Positions 31,035-42,014 of a stretch of 64,000 nucleotides of DNA are shown one piece after another. The notes beneath the pieces were generated by a model. That model saw only the letters and a list, made by a program, of their open reading frames with translations. It did no database searches and had not been told where the DNA came from. This DNA comes from Endomicrobiia bacterium. GTDB lineage: Bacteria; Elusimicrobiota; Endomicrobiia; DTEH01. Where the stretch lies: the NCBI GenBank assembly GCA_025059805.1, contig JANXDG010000068.1, forward strand, positions 39,838-103,837, in the 5' to 3' direction. The first letter of the stretch is position 1. The number at the start of each line of letters is the position of its first letter. A program made the position numbers and the translations under genes.

Positions 31035-33227
31035 ATGAAGAAAAAACTTTATGTAGCTATACTTTATCATCAGCATCAACCACTTTATAAAGATCCTGTT
31101 ACAAACTATTATTATTTACCATGGGTAAGATTACACGCTATAAAAGATTATTATGACATGGCTGTTTGGGTAGAAGAAATACCTGGACTTAGACTGAATT
31201 TCAATTTTGTACCTTCGTTGTTAGTACAACTTGAGGATTACGCAAGTGGTGCTATGGATAAGCACCTTGAGCTTACTGTAAAAAATGCTAGTGAACTTAC
31301 CGAAGAAGATAAAATTTTTATTCTAAAAAACTTTTTTGACTGTAATTGGCCAACAATGTTGTACCCATACAAGAGGTACAAAGAGTTATTAAATCTAAGA
31401 GGAGTGAAGTTTGTTGATGACGCAGAATTATACAGAAAAACAAAATATTTTTCTTTACAAGATTGGTTAGACCTTCAAGTATGGTCAAATTTAGTTTGGT
31501 TTGACCCATATTGGAAAAAAGTTGATAAAGATATTCAAAAATTGTTTGAGAAAGGTGAACGTTTTACTGAAGAAGATAAGTATCTTCTGGTTAACAAACA
31601 AAGATGGATTTGTGGACAAATCGTAAAAAAATTAAAGCAGTTGCAAGATCAAGGTATGATAGAAATAACTTTTTCTGCATTTTATCATCCTATACTACCT
31701 CTTTTATGTGATCCATCTAAGGCAAAAATTTCTAATCCTTCTGTAGTACTGCCAAAACAAATATTTCAACTTATTGAAGATGCTGAAAAACAGATTTTTA
31801 TGGCGAAAGAGTACTATGAGAAAGTTTTTGGATGTAGCCCTAAAGGATTTTGGCCATCAGAAGGTTCTGTATCTGACGATGTGATATCTTTACTTCAGAA
31901 GTATGACATAAAATGGTTTGCTACTGATGAAGAAATATTAAAAAGATCAATTCATTCAGTAACCAAAAAATATCCTCAACGAGAAATTATATATCGTCAT
32001 TACAAAATACAATTGCAAAATTCAGTACCAGTTTATGCAATTTTCCGTGATCGCGAAATATCAGATAACATAGGTTTCGTTTATTATAGATGGAATTATA
32101 TTGATGCAGTGAAAGATATTGAAACAAAATTATCTAAAATATATGAAACAGTATATCAGAATCATAACGAAACTAATGATGCTATTGTATCAATCATACT
32201 TGACGGTGAAAACTGTTGGGAATTTTATCCTAATGACGGTACTGAATTTCTTTATGAATTATATAAGATGCTCACAAATAATGAACTTTTTGAAACCGTA
32301 TTGGTGAGTGATTTTATTGCAAAACATCCTGATACTGATACAATTGAAACGATATGGCCTGGTTCATGGATTAATGCAAATTATGATATTTGGATTGGCC
32401 ATCCAGAAGACAACTTAGCATGGGAATATGTATATAGATCAAGACAGTTCTTAATAAGTGAAATTTCACAGAAAAATGTTGATGAAAAAATAAAAGAACT
32501 TTGTTGGCAAGAAATTTATACTGCTGAAGGTTCTGACTGGTACTGGTGGTTTGGAGACGAACATTATTCTGCACACAGTAATATCTTTGATTTTTTATTT
32601 CGTCAACATCTGAAAAATATTTATTTGCTTCTTGGTTGTGAACCGCCTAGATATCTAGATCTTCCTATAAAGCACACAAAAAGAACTGAGTATATATTAC
32701 CTGCAGATTTTGTCACACCTAAAATTGATGGTAGAATATCAAATTATTTTGAGTGGTCATCTGCAGGTAAATATCTACCAATTTCTTCATCAATGCATCA
32801 ATCTAACTTAGTAGTAAATGCTATTTACTTTGGTTTTGACCTTGGAAATATATACATACGCATCGATTATAATAACAGCAATATAGTTGATGGTTTGTTA
32901 GCAAATATTATTTTTAGGAAGAAAACAGAACCTCAGAATGTGTATTATTTAAGTTTTCCTATCAAAATAGGTAATTCCAACTATAAATTTTTTTCTGGCG
33001 AATTTTCGCAGGAGCTTGAATACCTTGCGATAGATAAAATTATTGAAGTACAAATTCCATTTTGTGTGTTAAATACACTGCCTGGGCAAGAAATACAGTT
33101 TTTTATCACTATTGAGAAAATAATCAATACAGGAAAATTTGAAATTGAAAGGTATCCAGGAAGTCAAGATTTTTTTGAACTTGTACATCCAGATAAAAGT
33201 TATCAAAAAAAGTTCTGGACGCTATAA
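31035..33227 (+). CDS. Glycoside hydrolase family 57 protein (alpha-glucan-active; amylase / 4-alpha-glucanotransferase-like)
   Basis: N-terminal LYHQHQP...LPWVRLHAIKDYYDM hallmark of GH57. 730 aa with extra C-terminal domains. Confidence 0.75.
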   Translation: MKKKLYVAILYHQHQPLYKDPVTNYYYLPWVRLHAIKDYYDMAVWVEEIPGLRLNFNFVPSLLVQLEDYASGAMDKHLELTVKNASELTEEDKIFILKNFFDCNWPTMLYPYKRYKELLNLRGVKFVDDAELYRKTKYFSLQDWLDLQVWSNLVWFDPYWKKVDKDIQKLFEKGERFTEEDKYLLVNKQRWICGQIVKKLKQLQDQGMIEITFSAFYHPILPLLCDPSKAKISNPSVVLPKQIFQLIEDAEKQIFMAKEYYEKVFGCSPKGFWPSEGSVSDDVISLLQKYDIKWFATDEEILKRSIHSVTKKYPQREIIYRHYKIQLQNSVPVYAIFRDREISDNIGFVYYRWNYIDAVKDIETKLSKIYETVYQNHNETNDAIVSIILDGENCWEFYPNDGTEFLYELYKMLTNNELFETVLVSDFIAKHPDTDTIETIWPGSWINANYDIWIGHPEDNLAWEYVYRSRQFLISEISQKNVDEKIKELCWQEIYTAEGSDWYWWFGDEHYSAHSNIFDFLFRQHLKNIYLLLGCEPPRYLDLPIKHTKRTEYILPADFVTPKIDGRISNYFEWSSAGKYLPISSSMHQSNLVVNAIYFGFDLGNIYIRIDYNNSNIVDGLLANIIFRKKTEPQNVYYLSFPIKIGNSNYKFFSGEFSQELEYLAIDKIIEVQIPFCVLNTLPGQEIQFFITIEKIINTGKFEIERYPGSQDFFELVHPDKSYQKKFWTL

Positions 33228-33266
33228 ATAGTAAGAAATGAGTTTGTTAGAAAGGAGTAATTCTTT

Positions 33267-33779
33267 ATGAAAAAAAGAACCAAACGCAAAATAGAAGAAC
33301 CAGTTGTAACAGCAGTCACTTTTGATAAGAACCAGGTTAAGATGACAATTCTGGATGTACCGGATAGACCTGGTGTTGCGGGTAAAATCTTTGGTGCTTT
33401 AGCTAAGGAGAATATAAATATTGATATGATAATACAGTCTGCTGCACGAGGCCGCAAAAATGATATATCATTTACTATATCATACAACGATTTAAAGAAA
33501 GCAGTGGAAGTTTTAGAAGAAGTAAGTAAAGAACTGAATGCTGGTGGTGTTGTATATGAGGACAATATGGCTAAGGTGTCAATTATAGGCGTGGGTATGA
33601 AAAGTCACCCAGGTGTTGCTGCAAAAATGTTTGAAACACTAGGTAAAGAAAATATTAATATAGAAATGATTTCTACCTCGGAAATTAAAGTATCGTGTAT
33701 TATAAAAAAAGAACATCTTGAACTCGCAGTAAGATCCTTACACGAAGCGTTCAATCTAAGTAAAAAAGTAAGAATTTAA
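33267..33779 (+). CDS. Stand-alone tandem-ACT protein, homologous to the aspartokinase C-terminal regulatory (beta) region
   Basis: [43 protein letters not shown]...AVRSLHEAF is close to the Bacillus LysC C-terminus. It has its own SD (AAAGGAG) and ATG. No kinase domain lies upstream. Confidence 0.7.
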   Translation: MKKRTKRKIEEPVVTAVTFDKNQVKMTILDVPDRPGVAGKIFGALAKENINIDMIIQSAARGRKNDISFTISYNDLKKAVEVLEEVSKELNAGGVVYEDNMAKVSIIGVGMKSHPGVAAKMFETLGKENINIEMISTSEIKVSCIIKKEHLELAVRSLHEAFNLSKKVRI

Positions 33780-35878
33780 AAACCAGTATCTTCTAAGTCA
33801 ACCGTGGGCTCATATAAAACGCCATCTACATTTGAGTACTGCGTAGGTTCTGTGCCTTTAATAAATGACTCAATATATGTTTTCTTTGATGAACTTGTTG
33901 GTAATAAACCTGTTGTGGCATCGATTAATATATCAACAATATTTTCCGGCTTTTGAAAATCTTTGTTTTCTAATTTCGCTGTAGCAACTTTCATAAATTC
34001 CGTCCATATAGGACATGCAATTTTGCCTCCGGTAGAATCTTTCCCGAGAGATTTCTTAACATCAAATCCTATCCATACACCACAGATTATATCAGGTGTG
34101 TAACCAATAAACCAAGCATCAGTACAATCGTTAGTTGTGCCTGTCTTACCTGCACATATTTTCCCGAGATTACGTGCATAACTACCCGTACCGTTTCTTA
34201 TAACACCTTTAAGAAGGTTTGTAATAATAAATGCACTTTCCGGTGAGATTACAACGGTTTCTTTTTGTAAATACGATTTAAGAACATTACCAAATTTATC
34301 TCTTACTTCCAATATTCCGTATGGTTCTACTCTAACACCATTATTTGCAAAAGTATTAAAAGCACATACGAGTTCAAGCGGGATCACCTCAGAAGCACCA
34401 AGCGCTAAAGAATATGTATTTGTTAACGGTGTAGTTATACCTAATTTTCTTGCGTATTCAATAACACATGCAGGTCCTACATCCATTGTAAGTCTTATAG
34501 CACAAGAGTTAAGTGATAACTCTAAAGCACGTCGAAGTGTAACTTTGCCAAAATAGCGATTCTTATAATTCTCAGGGAGCCAGATCTTATTCTTCTCTAT
34601 GAGTTGAGGCAGTTTCACAACAAGATCTTGTTCACTAACAACACCAATATTTTTTAGTTTTGTATAATCCAACTCAGAATAACGAGTTGTTTTACCGACA
34701 AGTTCCCAGTCAATTCCATTGTTGAAAAATATTAAAGGTGTGTCTTCTATAATAGTAGCTGGTGTGTAACCATTTTCAATTGCTGCAAGAAAAACAATAG
34801 GTTTGAATGCGGAACCAGGCTGCCTACGTGCTTGTGTAACTCGGTTAAATTGTGTTTTTCTAAAATCTCTACCACCTACCATTGTAAGAATTTGACCAGT
34901 TTTAACATCTAAGCAGACCAGTGCTGCTTGGACAGGCTCTGAAGATTTTAAAACTTTATCTAACAAAGATAAATGTTGACTAATTAAATTCTCAGCACTG
35001 CGTTGTAAATTTAGATCTAGTGTGGTATGTATTGTTAAACCTGCTGTATATAGATATTCTGGTGTAAATTCAGATTCCAGTTCTTCTCTGATATATTCTA
35101 TAAAATATGGTGCAGTAGCAGAAGGTATCTTGTAAAACCCACATATGAGAGGTTCAGCGATAGCTTCTTCATACTCCTTCTCGGTAATATATTTTAACTG
35201 CAACATCCGTTTCAAAACGATGTTCCTTCGTTTAATTGCGCGATCATAATTTTTCAAAGGTGAATAATAAGCTGGTGAACGAATTAACCCTGCTAACATT
35301 GCAGATTCTGAAAGTGTAAGTTCGGTCACATTTTTAGAGAAATATATCATCGCAGCTTGTTGGACACCATACGCACCATGACCAAAGTAAACTTGATTTA
35401 GATACATCTCTAAAATTTCATCTTTAGAAAAGTTATGTTCTAAATTTAATGCCAATAACAGTTCTTTAATTTTACGTTTTATGCTACGTTTGTGTGTTAG
35501 AAAAGCAATTTTTGCAAGTTGTTGAGTTATAGTAGAACCGCCAACAACTATACGTCGTTTGGTTATATTATCAAGCAATGCTTTTAAGATTCTTTTTGGG
35601 TTTACACCCCAGTGATCGTAAAATGTATGATCTTCTATTGCTAAAACTGCAAACTTAGTATGCTGTGGTATATTATTGAGTTCAACCCAAGTGCGTTTCT
35701 GAGTAAAAAATTCTGTTATAAGCAATCCGTTACGATCAAGTATTTTAGTTGATAACGCAGGAGTAAAATTCTTTAATTCTTCACCGCTAGGAAGTTCTTT
35801 TATAAGAAATAATATGTAAGTCAAAAAAACAAAAACTACAAAGGACAATACAATCAATATTACATTATATTTTTTCAT
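33776..35878 (-). CDS. mrcA: Class A penicillin-binding protein (PBP1A, transglycosylase + transpeptidase)
   Basis: N-terminal TM, then GT51 motifs ([21 protein letters not shown]), then a transpeptidase domain (SAFKP, KTGTT). Confidence 0.85.
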   Translation of the reverse strand: MKKYNVILIVLSFVVFVFLTYILFLIKELPSGEELKNFTPALSTKILDRNGLLITEFFTQKRTWVELNNIPQHTKFAVLAIEDHTFYDHWGVNPKRILKALLDNITKRRIVVGGSTITQQLAKIAFLTHKRSIKRKIKELLLALNLEHNFSKDEILEMYLNQVYFGHGAYGVQQAAMIYFSKNVTELTLSESAMLAGLIRSPAYYSPLKNYDRAIKRRNIVLKRMLQLKYITEKEYEEAIAEPLICGFYKIPSATAPYFIEYIREELESEFTPEYLYTAGLTIHTTLDLNLQRSAENLISQHLSLLDKVLKSSEPVQAALVCLDVKTGQILTMVGGRDFRKTQFNRVTQARRQPGSAFKPIVFLAAIENGYTPATIIEDTPLIFFNNGIDWELVGKTTRYSELDYTKLKNIGVVSEQDLVVKLPQLIEKNKIWLPENYKNRYFGKVTLRRALELSLNSCAIRLTMDVGPACVIEYARKLGITTPLTNTYSLALGASEVIPLELVCAFNTFANNGVRVEPYGILEVRDKFGNVLKSYLQKETVVISPESAFIITNLLKGVIRNGTGSYARNLGKICAGKTGTTNDCTDAWFIGYTPDIICGVWIGFDVKKSLGKDSTGGKIACPIWTEFMKVATAKLENKDFQKPENIVDILIDATTGLLPTSSSKKTYIESFIKGTEPTQYSNVDGVLYEPTVDLEDTGF

Positions 35879-35899
35879 TTTAAGCTAAAAAAATATTTA

Positions 35900-35927
35900 T
35901 TGAAAACGTTAATTAAAATTTTATATA
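35900..35927 (+). promoter_or_regulatory. Candidate sigma-70 promoter (TTGAAA, 16-17-nt spacer, TATATA) in the divergent region between mrcA and the GMPP/PMM gene
   Basis: The hexamers and spacing are read from the sequence. In AT-rich DNA such a match can arise by chance. Confidence 0.25.
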
Positions 35928-35972
35928 AAAAAATAGAAATTTTCAATGATACCAACAAAAGGAGAAAATACA

Positions 35973-38492
35973 ATGCAAGCAGTAATTATGGCAGGTGGTT
36001 TTGGTACAAGGTTACGTCCGCTTACAACCATAATACCTAAACCAATGGTTCCCGTAGCAAACAAACCTATGATGGAACATGTAGTGAGGTTGTTAAAAAA
36101 ACATAAAATCGAAGATCTTATCGTTTTGTTGTTTTATCAACACGATTATATTACACAATACTTTGGTAATGGTGAAAAGTTTGGAGTAAGAATAAAATAT
36201 CTATTACCTGAGGGTGACTATGGTACATGTGGTGCGGTAGGGTTTGCTAGAGAGTATGTAAAGGAAGAAGACTTTTTAGTGATTTCTGCCGATATAATAA
36301 CTGATTTTGATCTTACACAATTGATTGATTTTCATAAGAATAAAAATTCACTGGCAACCATAGCACTAACAAGTGTTGAAAACCCATTAAGTTATGGTAT
36401 TGTTATTTATGATGAGAACTATCGTATAAAAAAGTTTTTGGAGAAACCAACATGGAGTGAAGTTTTTTCGGATAAGGTTAATACTGGTATTTATATGTTA
36501 AATCGTAAAGTATTTGATTATATTCCAGAAAAAACATTTTATGATTTCTCGAAAGATTTGTTCCCAAAATTTTTAAAAGAAAACTTGCCATTATACGCAT
36601 GTGTGCTTGATGGATATTGGAAAGATGTAGGCACATTACAAGAATATAGATTCTGTCACTATGATGTGTTAGAGAAAAAAGTAGAAGTTTATATTGAAGG
36701 CAGGGTAATTAGATGTGGTAATAACGATATTACTGTTGGGGATAATACAACTATAGGTGAGAATTTTAGTTGTGATAAGTTTGTCATAATAGGAAAAAAT
36801 ACAAAAATAGGCGATAATGTAACAATAAATCGTTCCATAATAGGTGATAATTGTGTTATAGAAGATAACGCAGTTGTTTTTAGTAGTGTAATTATGAACA
36901 ATGTCTATGTGGGAAGAAACTGTTCTATTAAAGAAAGTGTGATAGGACATAAAACAAAATTAGGTAATAACGTAGTAGTTGAGGTAAATAATGTTATCGG
37001 TGAAGAATGTGAGTTACAAAATAATGCACATATAAAAGCAAATTTAAAAATCTGGCCTAGAAAAATCGTAGAGGAAGGAGCAACAGTTTCTACAAGTTTA
37101 ATATGGCAGGAAAAATGGTCAAGGATGCTGTTTGGTTCAACAGGTGTTACTGGCCTTCTTAATTCTGAAATTTCTCCAGAATTTGCTTGTAAGCTTGGTG
37201 CTGCCTTCGGTAGTTTACTAGGCAAAGGTAAAAATGTAATAACATCACGTGATGCACATAAAGCATCTCGTATGATAAAACGCAGCATGATTTCTGGTTT
37301 ATTATCAGCAGGGGTAAAAGTTGGAGATTTGCGTGCCGCACCAATACCAGTGGTAAGATACGAAGTGGCAAAAGATGATGTTGATGGTGGACTTCATGTC
37401 AGACTATCACCTAAAGATCCGAAAGTCATTGAAATAAGATTTTTTGATAAAGAAGGTAATGATATTTCAGTAGCTCAGGAAAAAAGTATAGAACAGTTAT
37501 TTTTAAGAGAAGATTTTCCACGGGCTGATCTTGAAGAAGTAGGTGAAATAGTTATACCACCACGTGCATATGAATACTATAGAGACGGATATCTAAAATC
37601 GTTAGACCTTGATCTTATAAGAAAAGCAAAATTGAAAGTTGTTATTGATTATTCATATTCAACAGCTGTTAACATATTCCCATCTATACTTGGGGAATTA
37701 GGTGTTGAAGTTGTATCTTTGAACGCGTTTGTTGATAGTTCAAAAATAGTACGTTCTGAAGAGAAATTAAAGTACGCTCTTGATCAGCTTGCAAATATAG
37801 TAACAACTTTAGATGCTGACGCAGGATTTATGCTAGATAATAGTGCAGAAAGAATTTTTATCGTTGATGATAAAGGTAAAATTTTGGATAACCAGTTATC
37901 TTCAATGATTGTCTTATTGTTAAGATTATCTAATTTAAAAGATGAAAGATGCAAAATAGCTGTTCCTGTCTATATGTCTAATGTTATAAATGAGGTTGTA
38001 AAAATCTCGCATAGAGAAGTTGAAGTGATTTGGAGTAAAACATTGCCAAGATATCTTAGAGAAATAGCAAGACAACCAGATGTTAAATTTGTTGCTGATG
38101 GAATAGGTGGATATATATTCCCAGAGTTCCAACCTGCATTTGATGGTATGTTCGCCATTGGTAAAATACTTGAACTTTTGGCTAAACAGGAGACAAAAAT
38201 TTCACGTATTAAACGAGAAATACCTGACTTTAATGTAATTCATACAAGAGTTCCATGTAGCTGGGAAAAGAAAGGATTTGTGATACGTAGACTTATTGAA
38301 GAACATAAGGAGTGCAGGATGGACTTGATAGATGGTGTTAAACTTTGGGTTAGTAATAAAGATTGGATTCTGTTTTTACCAGATCCAGACGAAGCGTTTA
38401 TTCATATATATATTGAGACACAGAAAGAAAAAGATTCTTACAAACTATTGTCAGAATTTTCTTCTATGCTTAATTCATGGATTAAAAGTTAG
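35973..38492 (+). CDS. Bifunctional sugar-phosphate nucleotidyltransferase (mannose-1-P guanylyltransferase-like, with a left-handed beta-helix) fused to phosphomannomutase/phosphoglucomutase
   Basis: N-terminal MAGGFGTRLRPLT...KPMVPV. Hexapeptide repeats follow. The C-terminal half carries PGM/PMM alpha/beta/alpha domains. SD AAAAGGAG before ATG 35973. Confidence 0.75.
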   Translation: MQAVIMAGGFGTRLRPLTTIIPKPMVPVANKPMMEHVVRLLKKHKIEDLIVLLFYQHDYITQYFGNGEKFGVRIKYLLPEGDYGTCGAVGFAREYVKEEDFLVISADIITDFDLTQLIDFHKNKNSLATIALTSVENPLSYGIVIYDENYRIKKFLEKPTWSEVFSDKVNTGIYMLNRKVFDYIPEKTFYDFSKDLFPKFLKENLPLYACVLDGYWKDVGTLQEYRFCHYDVLEKKVEVYIEGRVIRCGNNDITVGDNTTIGENFSCDKFVIIGKNTKIGDNVTINRSIIGDNCVIEDNAVVFSSVIMNNVYVGRNCSIKESVIGHKTKLGNNVVVEVNNVIGEECELQNNAHIKANLKIWPRKIVEEGATVSTSLIWQEKWSRMLFGSTGVTGLLNSEISPEFACKLGAAFGSLLGKGKNVITSRDAHKASRMIKRSMISGLLSAGVKVGDLRAAPIPVVRYEVAKDDVDGGLHVRLSPKDPKVIEIRFFDKEGNDISVAQEKSIEQLFLREDFPRADLEEVGEIVIPPRAYEYYRDGYLKSLDLDLIRKAKLKVVIDYSYSTAVNIFPSILGELGVEVVSLNAFVDSSKIVRSEEKLKYALDQLANIVTTLDADAGFMLDNSAERIFIVDDKGKILDNQLSSMIVLLLRLSNLKDERCKIAVPVYMSNVINEVVKISHREVEVIWSKTLPRYLREIARQPDVKFVADGIGGYIFPEFQPAFDGMFAIGKILELLAKQETKISRIKREIPDFNVIHTRVPCSWEKKGFVIRRLIEEHKECRMDLIDGVKLWVSNKDWILFLPDPDEAFIHIYIETQKEKDSYKLLSEFSSMLNSWIKS

Positions 38493-38494
38493 AA

Positions 38495-38806
38495 ATGAAA
38501 TACATTATTGTATTTGTAACAGTGCCAGCAAAGAATTATAAAAAAGTTGTTAACCACGTTTTGAATAAAAAACTTGTTGCTTGTGTTAATGTGATTAAAG
38601 ATATTCAATCTTTTTATTGGTGGGAAGAAAAAATTTGTTCAGATAAAGAAAGTTTGCTTATTATGAAAACTACATCAGATAAATTTAGTGTTCTGGTGGG
38701 AGAAATTAAAAAAGTTCATCCTTACAAAGTTCCTGAAATTATATCTTTAGATATATTTAAAGGCAATAAGGAATATCTCTCTTGGATTAATGAAGTATTA
38801 AAGTAA
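38495..38806 (+). CDS. cutA: Divalent-cation tolerance protein CutA
   Basis: MKYIIVFVTVP...KLVACVNV...SFYWWEEKI matches CutA1. Confidence 0.8.
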   Translation: MKYIIVFVTVPAKNYKKVVNHVLNKKLVACVNVIKDIQSFYWWEEKICSDKESLLIMKTTSDKFSVLVGEIKKVHPYKVPEIISLDIFKGNKEYLSWINEVLK

Positions 38807-38827
38807 CTTTTTAAGACAAGATGTTTT

Positions 38828-39349
38828 ATGAGTGTGCTTAAAATTTTAAAATATCCATCAAAATTATTAAAAGAGAAATCGTTGCCAGTAGAAAAGTTCA
38901 ACTCTGATTTAAAACATATTGTGAAAGACATGTTTGAGACAATGTATACTTTCAATGGTATTGGATTAGCTGCAAATCAAGTTGGCATAAACAAAAGAAT
39001 AATTGTAGTTGATTTACGAGCAACTGAGCAGAATCATAGAACTAGTTTTGTACCGATAGCATTAGTCAATCCTGAAATTTTAAATTATAGTAAGAAAAAA
39101 ATTGTTGCAGAGGAAGGATGTTTATCGTTCCCTGGATATTATGATAAGGTTTCACGTGCAGAAAGTATAGAAGTTGTTTTCTACGATATTACAGGTAAAA
39201 AGAATACAATTGTTGCAGATGGACTACTTGCTCGTGTTATTCAGCATGAGATAGATCATATCAACGGGATAAGATTTATCCAACGGATGTCAATCCCACG
39301 ACAGATAAAGTTTCATTTGTTGTATTTGACTGGTAAATATAAATTTTAA
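38828..39349 (+). CDS. def: Peptide deformylase
   Basis: GIGLAANQVG, EGCLSFPG, HEIDHINGI metal-binding motifs. Confidence 0.92.
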   Translation: MSVLKILKYPSKLLKEKSLPVEKFNSDLKHIVKDMFETMYTFNGIGLAANQVGINKRIIVVDLRATEQNHRTSFVPIALVNPEILNYSKKKIVAEEGCLSFPGYYDKVSRAESIEVVFYDITGKKNTIVADGLLARVIQHEIDHINGIRFIQRMSIPRQIKFHLLYLTGKYKF

Positions 39350-39358
39350 GAACACTAC

Positions 39359-40321
39359 ATGAACACTCTTTTCTGGGGAAGTTCACAGTTATCTATTCCT
39401 TTTTTATCTACACTGTTAAATAATAAGTTCATAAAGTTGTCCGCTGTAGTTACACTGTCTGATAAACCTCAAGGTAGAGGAATGAAAATCCTACCAACAC
39501 CAGTAAGACGTCTTGCACAAGAGCATGGTATTAAAACTATTATGTCTGATGTCATTGCAAGTGAGACATTTTATAAAAACATAGCGGAATTAGAACCCGA
39601 GTTAAGTGTAGTTGTATCATACGGTAAAATTATTCCGAACAAAATTATAAAGCTGCACAAAATAGGTATGATAAATATACATTTTTCATTGTTGCCAAAA
39701 TATCGTGGTGCTGCACCGATACAATGGGCACTAATTAATGGTGAAAGTAAAACCGGAGTTACTATCTTCTGGATAGATGAAGGACTTGATACTGGTGATA
39801 TATTTGTTCAGAAAGAAACAAAAATCACTATTGATGATAACTATTTCACACTTTCTGAAAGATTGATCAAGTTAGGAACAAACGCACTAGAAGATGTTGT
39901 AAGACAAATTCTAGATGGAAAAATCATAAGAATATCACAAAAAGGTGAAGCATCATACGCTCCGTTAATTAATAAGCAAATAGCAAAAATTGACTGGGAC
40001 AAACCTGCAATTTCTATCCATAATTTAGTAAGAGCGTTGGTTCAGTGGCCGAAAGCTTATAGCATATTATCGGTAAAAAATAAAGGTAGTATCAAAGTTA
40101 AGATTTTACAAACACAGATTGACACTGAAACTGTTGGTAATTTGGGTACTAATTTAGTACCAGGTACGGTTGTTAAAATATCAAATCATTATATATCTGT
40201 ACTATGTGGTGAAAACTCTTTTATAAAAATTCTAAAGTTGCAACCAGAAAACAAGAATGTGTTAGATGCTCAACAATTTATATGTGGCTACAAAGTACAA
40301 CAATACGATAAGTTTTCGTAA
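39359..40321 (+). CDS. fmt: Methionyl-tRNA formyltransferase
   Basis: NIHFSLLPKYRGAAPIQWALING...GVTIFWIDEGLDTGDI. Confidence 0.9.
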   Translation: MNTLFWGSSQLSIPFLSTLLNNKFIKLSAVVTLSDKPQGRGMKILPTPVRRLAQEHGIKTIMSDVIASETFYKNIAELEPELSVVVSYGKIIPNKIIKLHKIGMINIHFSLLPKYRGAAPIQWALINGESKTGVTIFWIDEGLDTGDIFVQKETKITIDDNYFTLSERLIKLGTNALEDVVRQILDGKIIRISQKGEASYAPLINKQIAKIDWDKPAISIHNLVRALVQWPKAYSILSVKNKGSIKVKILQTQIDTETVGNLGTNLVPGTVVKISNHYISVLCGENSFIKILKLQPENKNVLDAQQFICGYKVQQYDKFS

Positions 40322-40323
40322 GA

Positions 40324-40854
40324 ATGAAATCTATAAAGAGTTGGTTGTTTTATAAATTACTATTTCCATCTTCTCTCTTGATGTCGAGTATTTTGCCAAA
40401 AAAGTTTTCTTTACAACTACTTAAGTGGATTCTAGAACAGAATAACAAAATAGTGTTAAGCAGAAATAATAGAAATATTAAAACCATACTTATACTTCTA
40501 CCAAGGTGTTTACAGTACTTTAGCTGTGAATTTAACTTAGTATCATCAATTGAAAATTGCCGTAGATGTGGTAAATGCAAGATAAAAGACATTGTTGAGT
40601 TTAAAGAAAAATATAAACTTGAAAATATAAAAGTTGCACCTGGTGGTAGATTAGCAAAATTTTTTGTAGAACAGGCTCGTCCTGATATTGTCATAGCAGT
40701 TGCCTGTGAATTAGAACTTATAATCGGCATAAAAGAAATTTTTCCAATTAGAACTTTAGCTGTATCTAATATAGTAGTTAACAAACCTTGCGTAAATACT
40801 GATGTTGAGATTAGAAAAATAGAAGAGTTTATAAATTTACTAGTTAAAAGGTAA
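40324..40854 (+). CDS. Hypothetical Cys-containing protein (DUF116-like), tightly packed between fmt and hemW
   Basis: CRRCGKC motif and VIAVACELEL. A 3-nt gap to each neighbour argues for the + strand. The fully overlapping - strand ORF 40350-40883 is rejected. Confidence 0.5.
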   Translation: MKSIKSWLFYKLLFPSSLLMSSILPKKFSLQLLKWILEQNNKIVLSRNNRNIKTILILLPRCLQYFSCEFNLVSSIENCRRCGKCKIKDIVEFKEKYKLENIKVAPGGRLAKFFVEQARPDIVIAVACELELIIGIKEIFPIRTLAVSNIVVNKPCVNTDVEIRKIEEFINLLVKR

Positions 40855-40856
40855 AA

Positions 40857-41963
40857 ATGACAGAAACTGGGTTGTATGTTCATATACCTTTCTGCAAATC
40901 TAAATGTTACTATTGTGATTTTTATTCTTTAAAATACAAGAAAGAACTAGCTGATGAGTATCTAGCCGCAATGGAAAAAGAAATAATAGAATTAGAAAAT
41001 AAATACGGTATACTTAACTCACAAGTTTGTACGTTATACATAGGAGGTGGTAGCCCTTCAACACTTTCTGAAAAACAATTCGAAAATTTGTTTAATTTAT
41101 TGTTGCACTATTTTAATCTACAATCTTTAAAAGAGATATCCGTAGAAGTGAATCCGGAAAGTATTACAGAAACGAAAATTAGTATTGTGAAGAGTATGAT
41201 GGAACAATTTCCAAATGTAAAACTAAGGATTAGTGTAGGTGTACAGAGTTTTAATGAAAAAATTTTAAAAAATCTAGGCAGGATTCATACGAAAGATGAT
41301 ATATATAATACGGTAGATATTCTTACCAGATCCGGAATACGTAATTACAATTTTGATTTAATCTTTGGATGTCCAGGTCAAACAACAAGAGATTTATTAT
41401 CTGATATAGAACAAGCACTATTGTTGAAACCTACACATATCTCATATTATGCCTTAACAGTAGAACATAATACAAAGTTGGCGAAGATGAACTTTGTACC
41501 AGATGACAATCTCCAAGCTGAAATGTATAACAAAATTGTAAATATACTTACATTTAATGGATATAATCAATATGAAATTTCAAACTTTGCTTTGCAAGGT
41601 TACGAGTGTTTGCACAATTTGAACTACTGGTTTCACGGCAACTATATTGGTTTAGGTCCTTCATCTGTATCATTTTTTTGCCCTTTGAGAATCAAAAATA
41701 CTACCTCGTTGACGGAATACCTTAAAGCAAAGTTTAGATACAGTAGAGAATACTTAGATAGCAAAAAAATTTTGTCAGAAAAAATAATACTTGCACTAAG
41801 AACAAGTTATGGTATAGATACAAATATACTTAAAAGAAAAAGTAACTCAAGAATTCTTAAAAAGATGCTTTCACAAAGGTTGCTTATAAAACAGAATAAT
41901 AAATTAAGAATCGCTCCAAAATATTTATTTCTTTCAAATTTTATTATTAAAGACTTAATTTAA
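40857..41963 (+). CDS. hemW: Radical SAM heme chaperone HemW (HemN-like)
   Basis: LYVHIPFCKSKCYYCDF radical-SAM cluster, GGGSPS, HISYYAL. Confidence 0.85.
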   Translation: MTETGLYVHIPFCKSKCYYCDFYSLKYKKELADEYLAAMEKEIIELENKYGILNSQVCTLYIGGGSPSTLSEKQFENLFNLLLHYFNLQSLKEISVEVNPESITETKISIVKSMMEQFPNVKLRISVGVQSFNEKILKNLGRIHTKDDIYNTVDILTRSGIRNYNFDLIFGCPGQTTRDLLSDIEQALLLKPTHISYYALTVEHNTKLAKMNFVPDDNLQAEMYNKIVNILTFNGYNQYEISNFALQGYECLHNLNYWFHGNYIGLGPSSVSFFCPLRIKNTTSLTEYLKAKFRYSREYLDSKKILSEKIILALRTSYGIDTNILKRKSNSRILKKMLSQRLLIKQNNKLRIAPKYLFLSNFIIKDLI

Positions 41964-42014
41964 ATTTACTAATCGTTGAAAATTTATTGTTAAATTTTGT
42001 ATAAATTTAAGAAT

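Noticed and set aside
40350-40883. 177-aa - strand ORF covering the DUF116-like gene
   Set aside because: The + strand ORF has a Cys motif and is flanked by 3-nt gaps to fmt and hemW. The - strand product is a hydrophobic low-complexity sequence.
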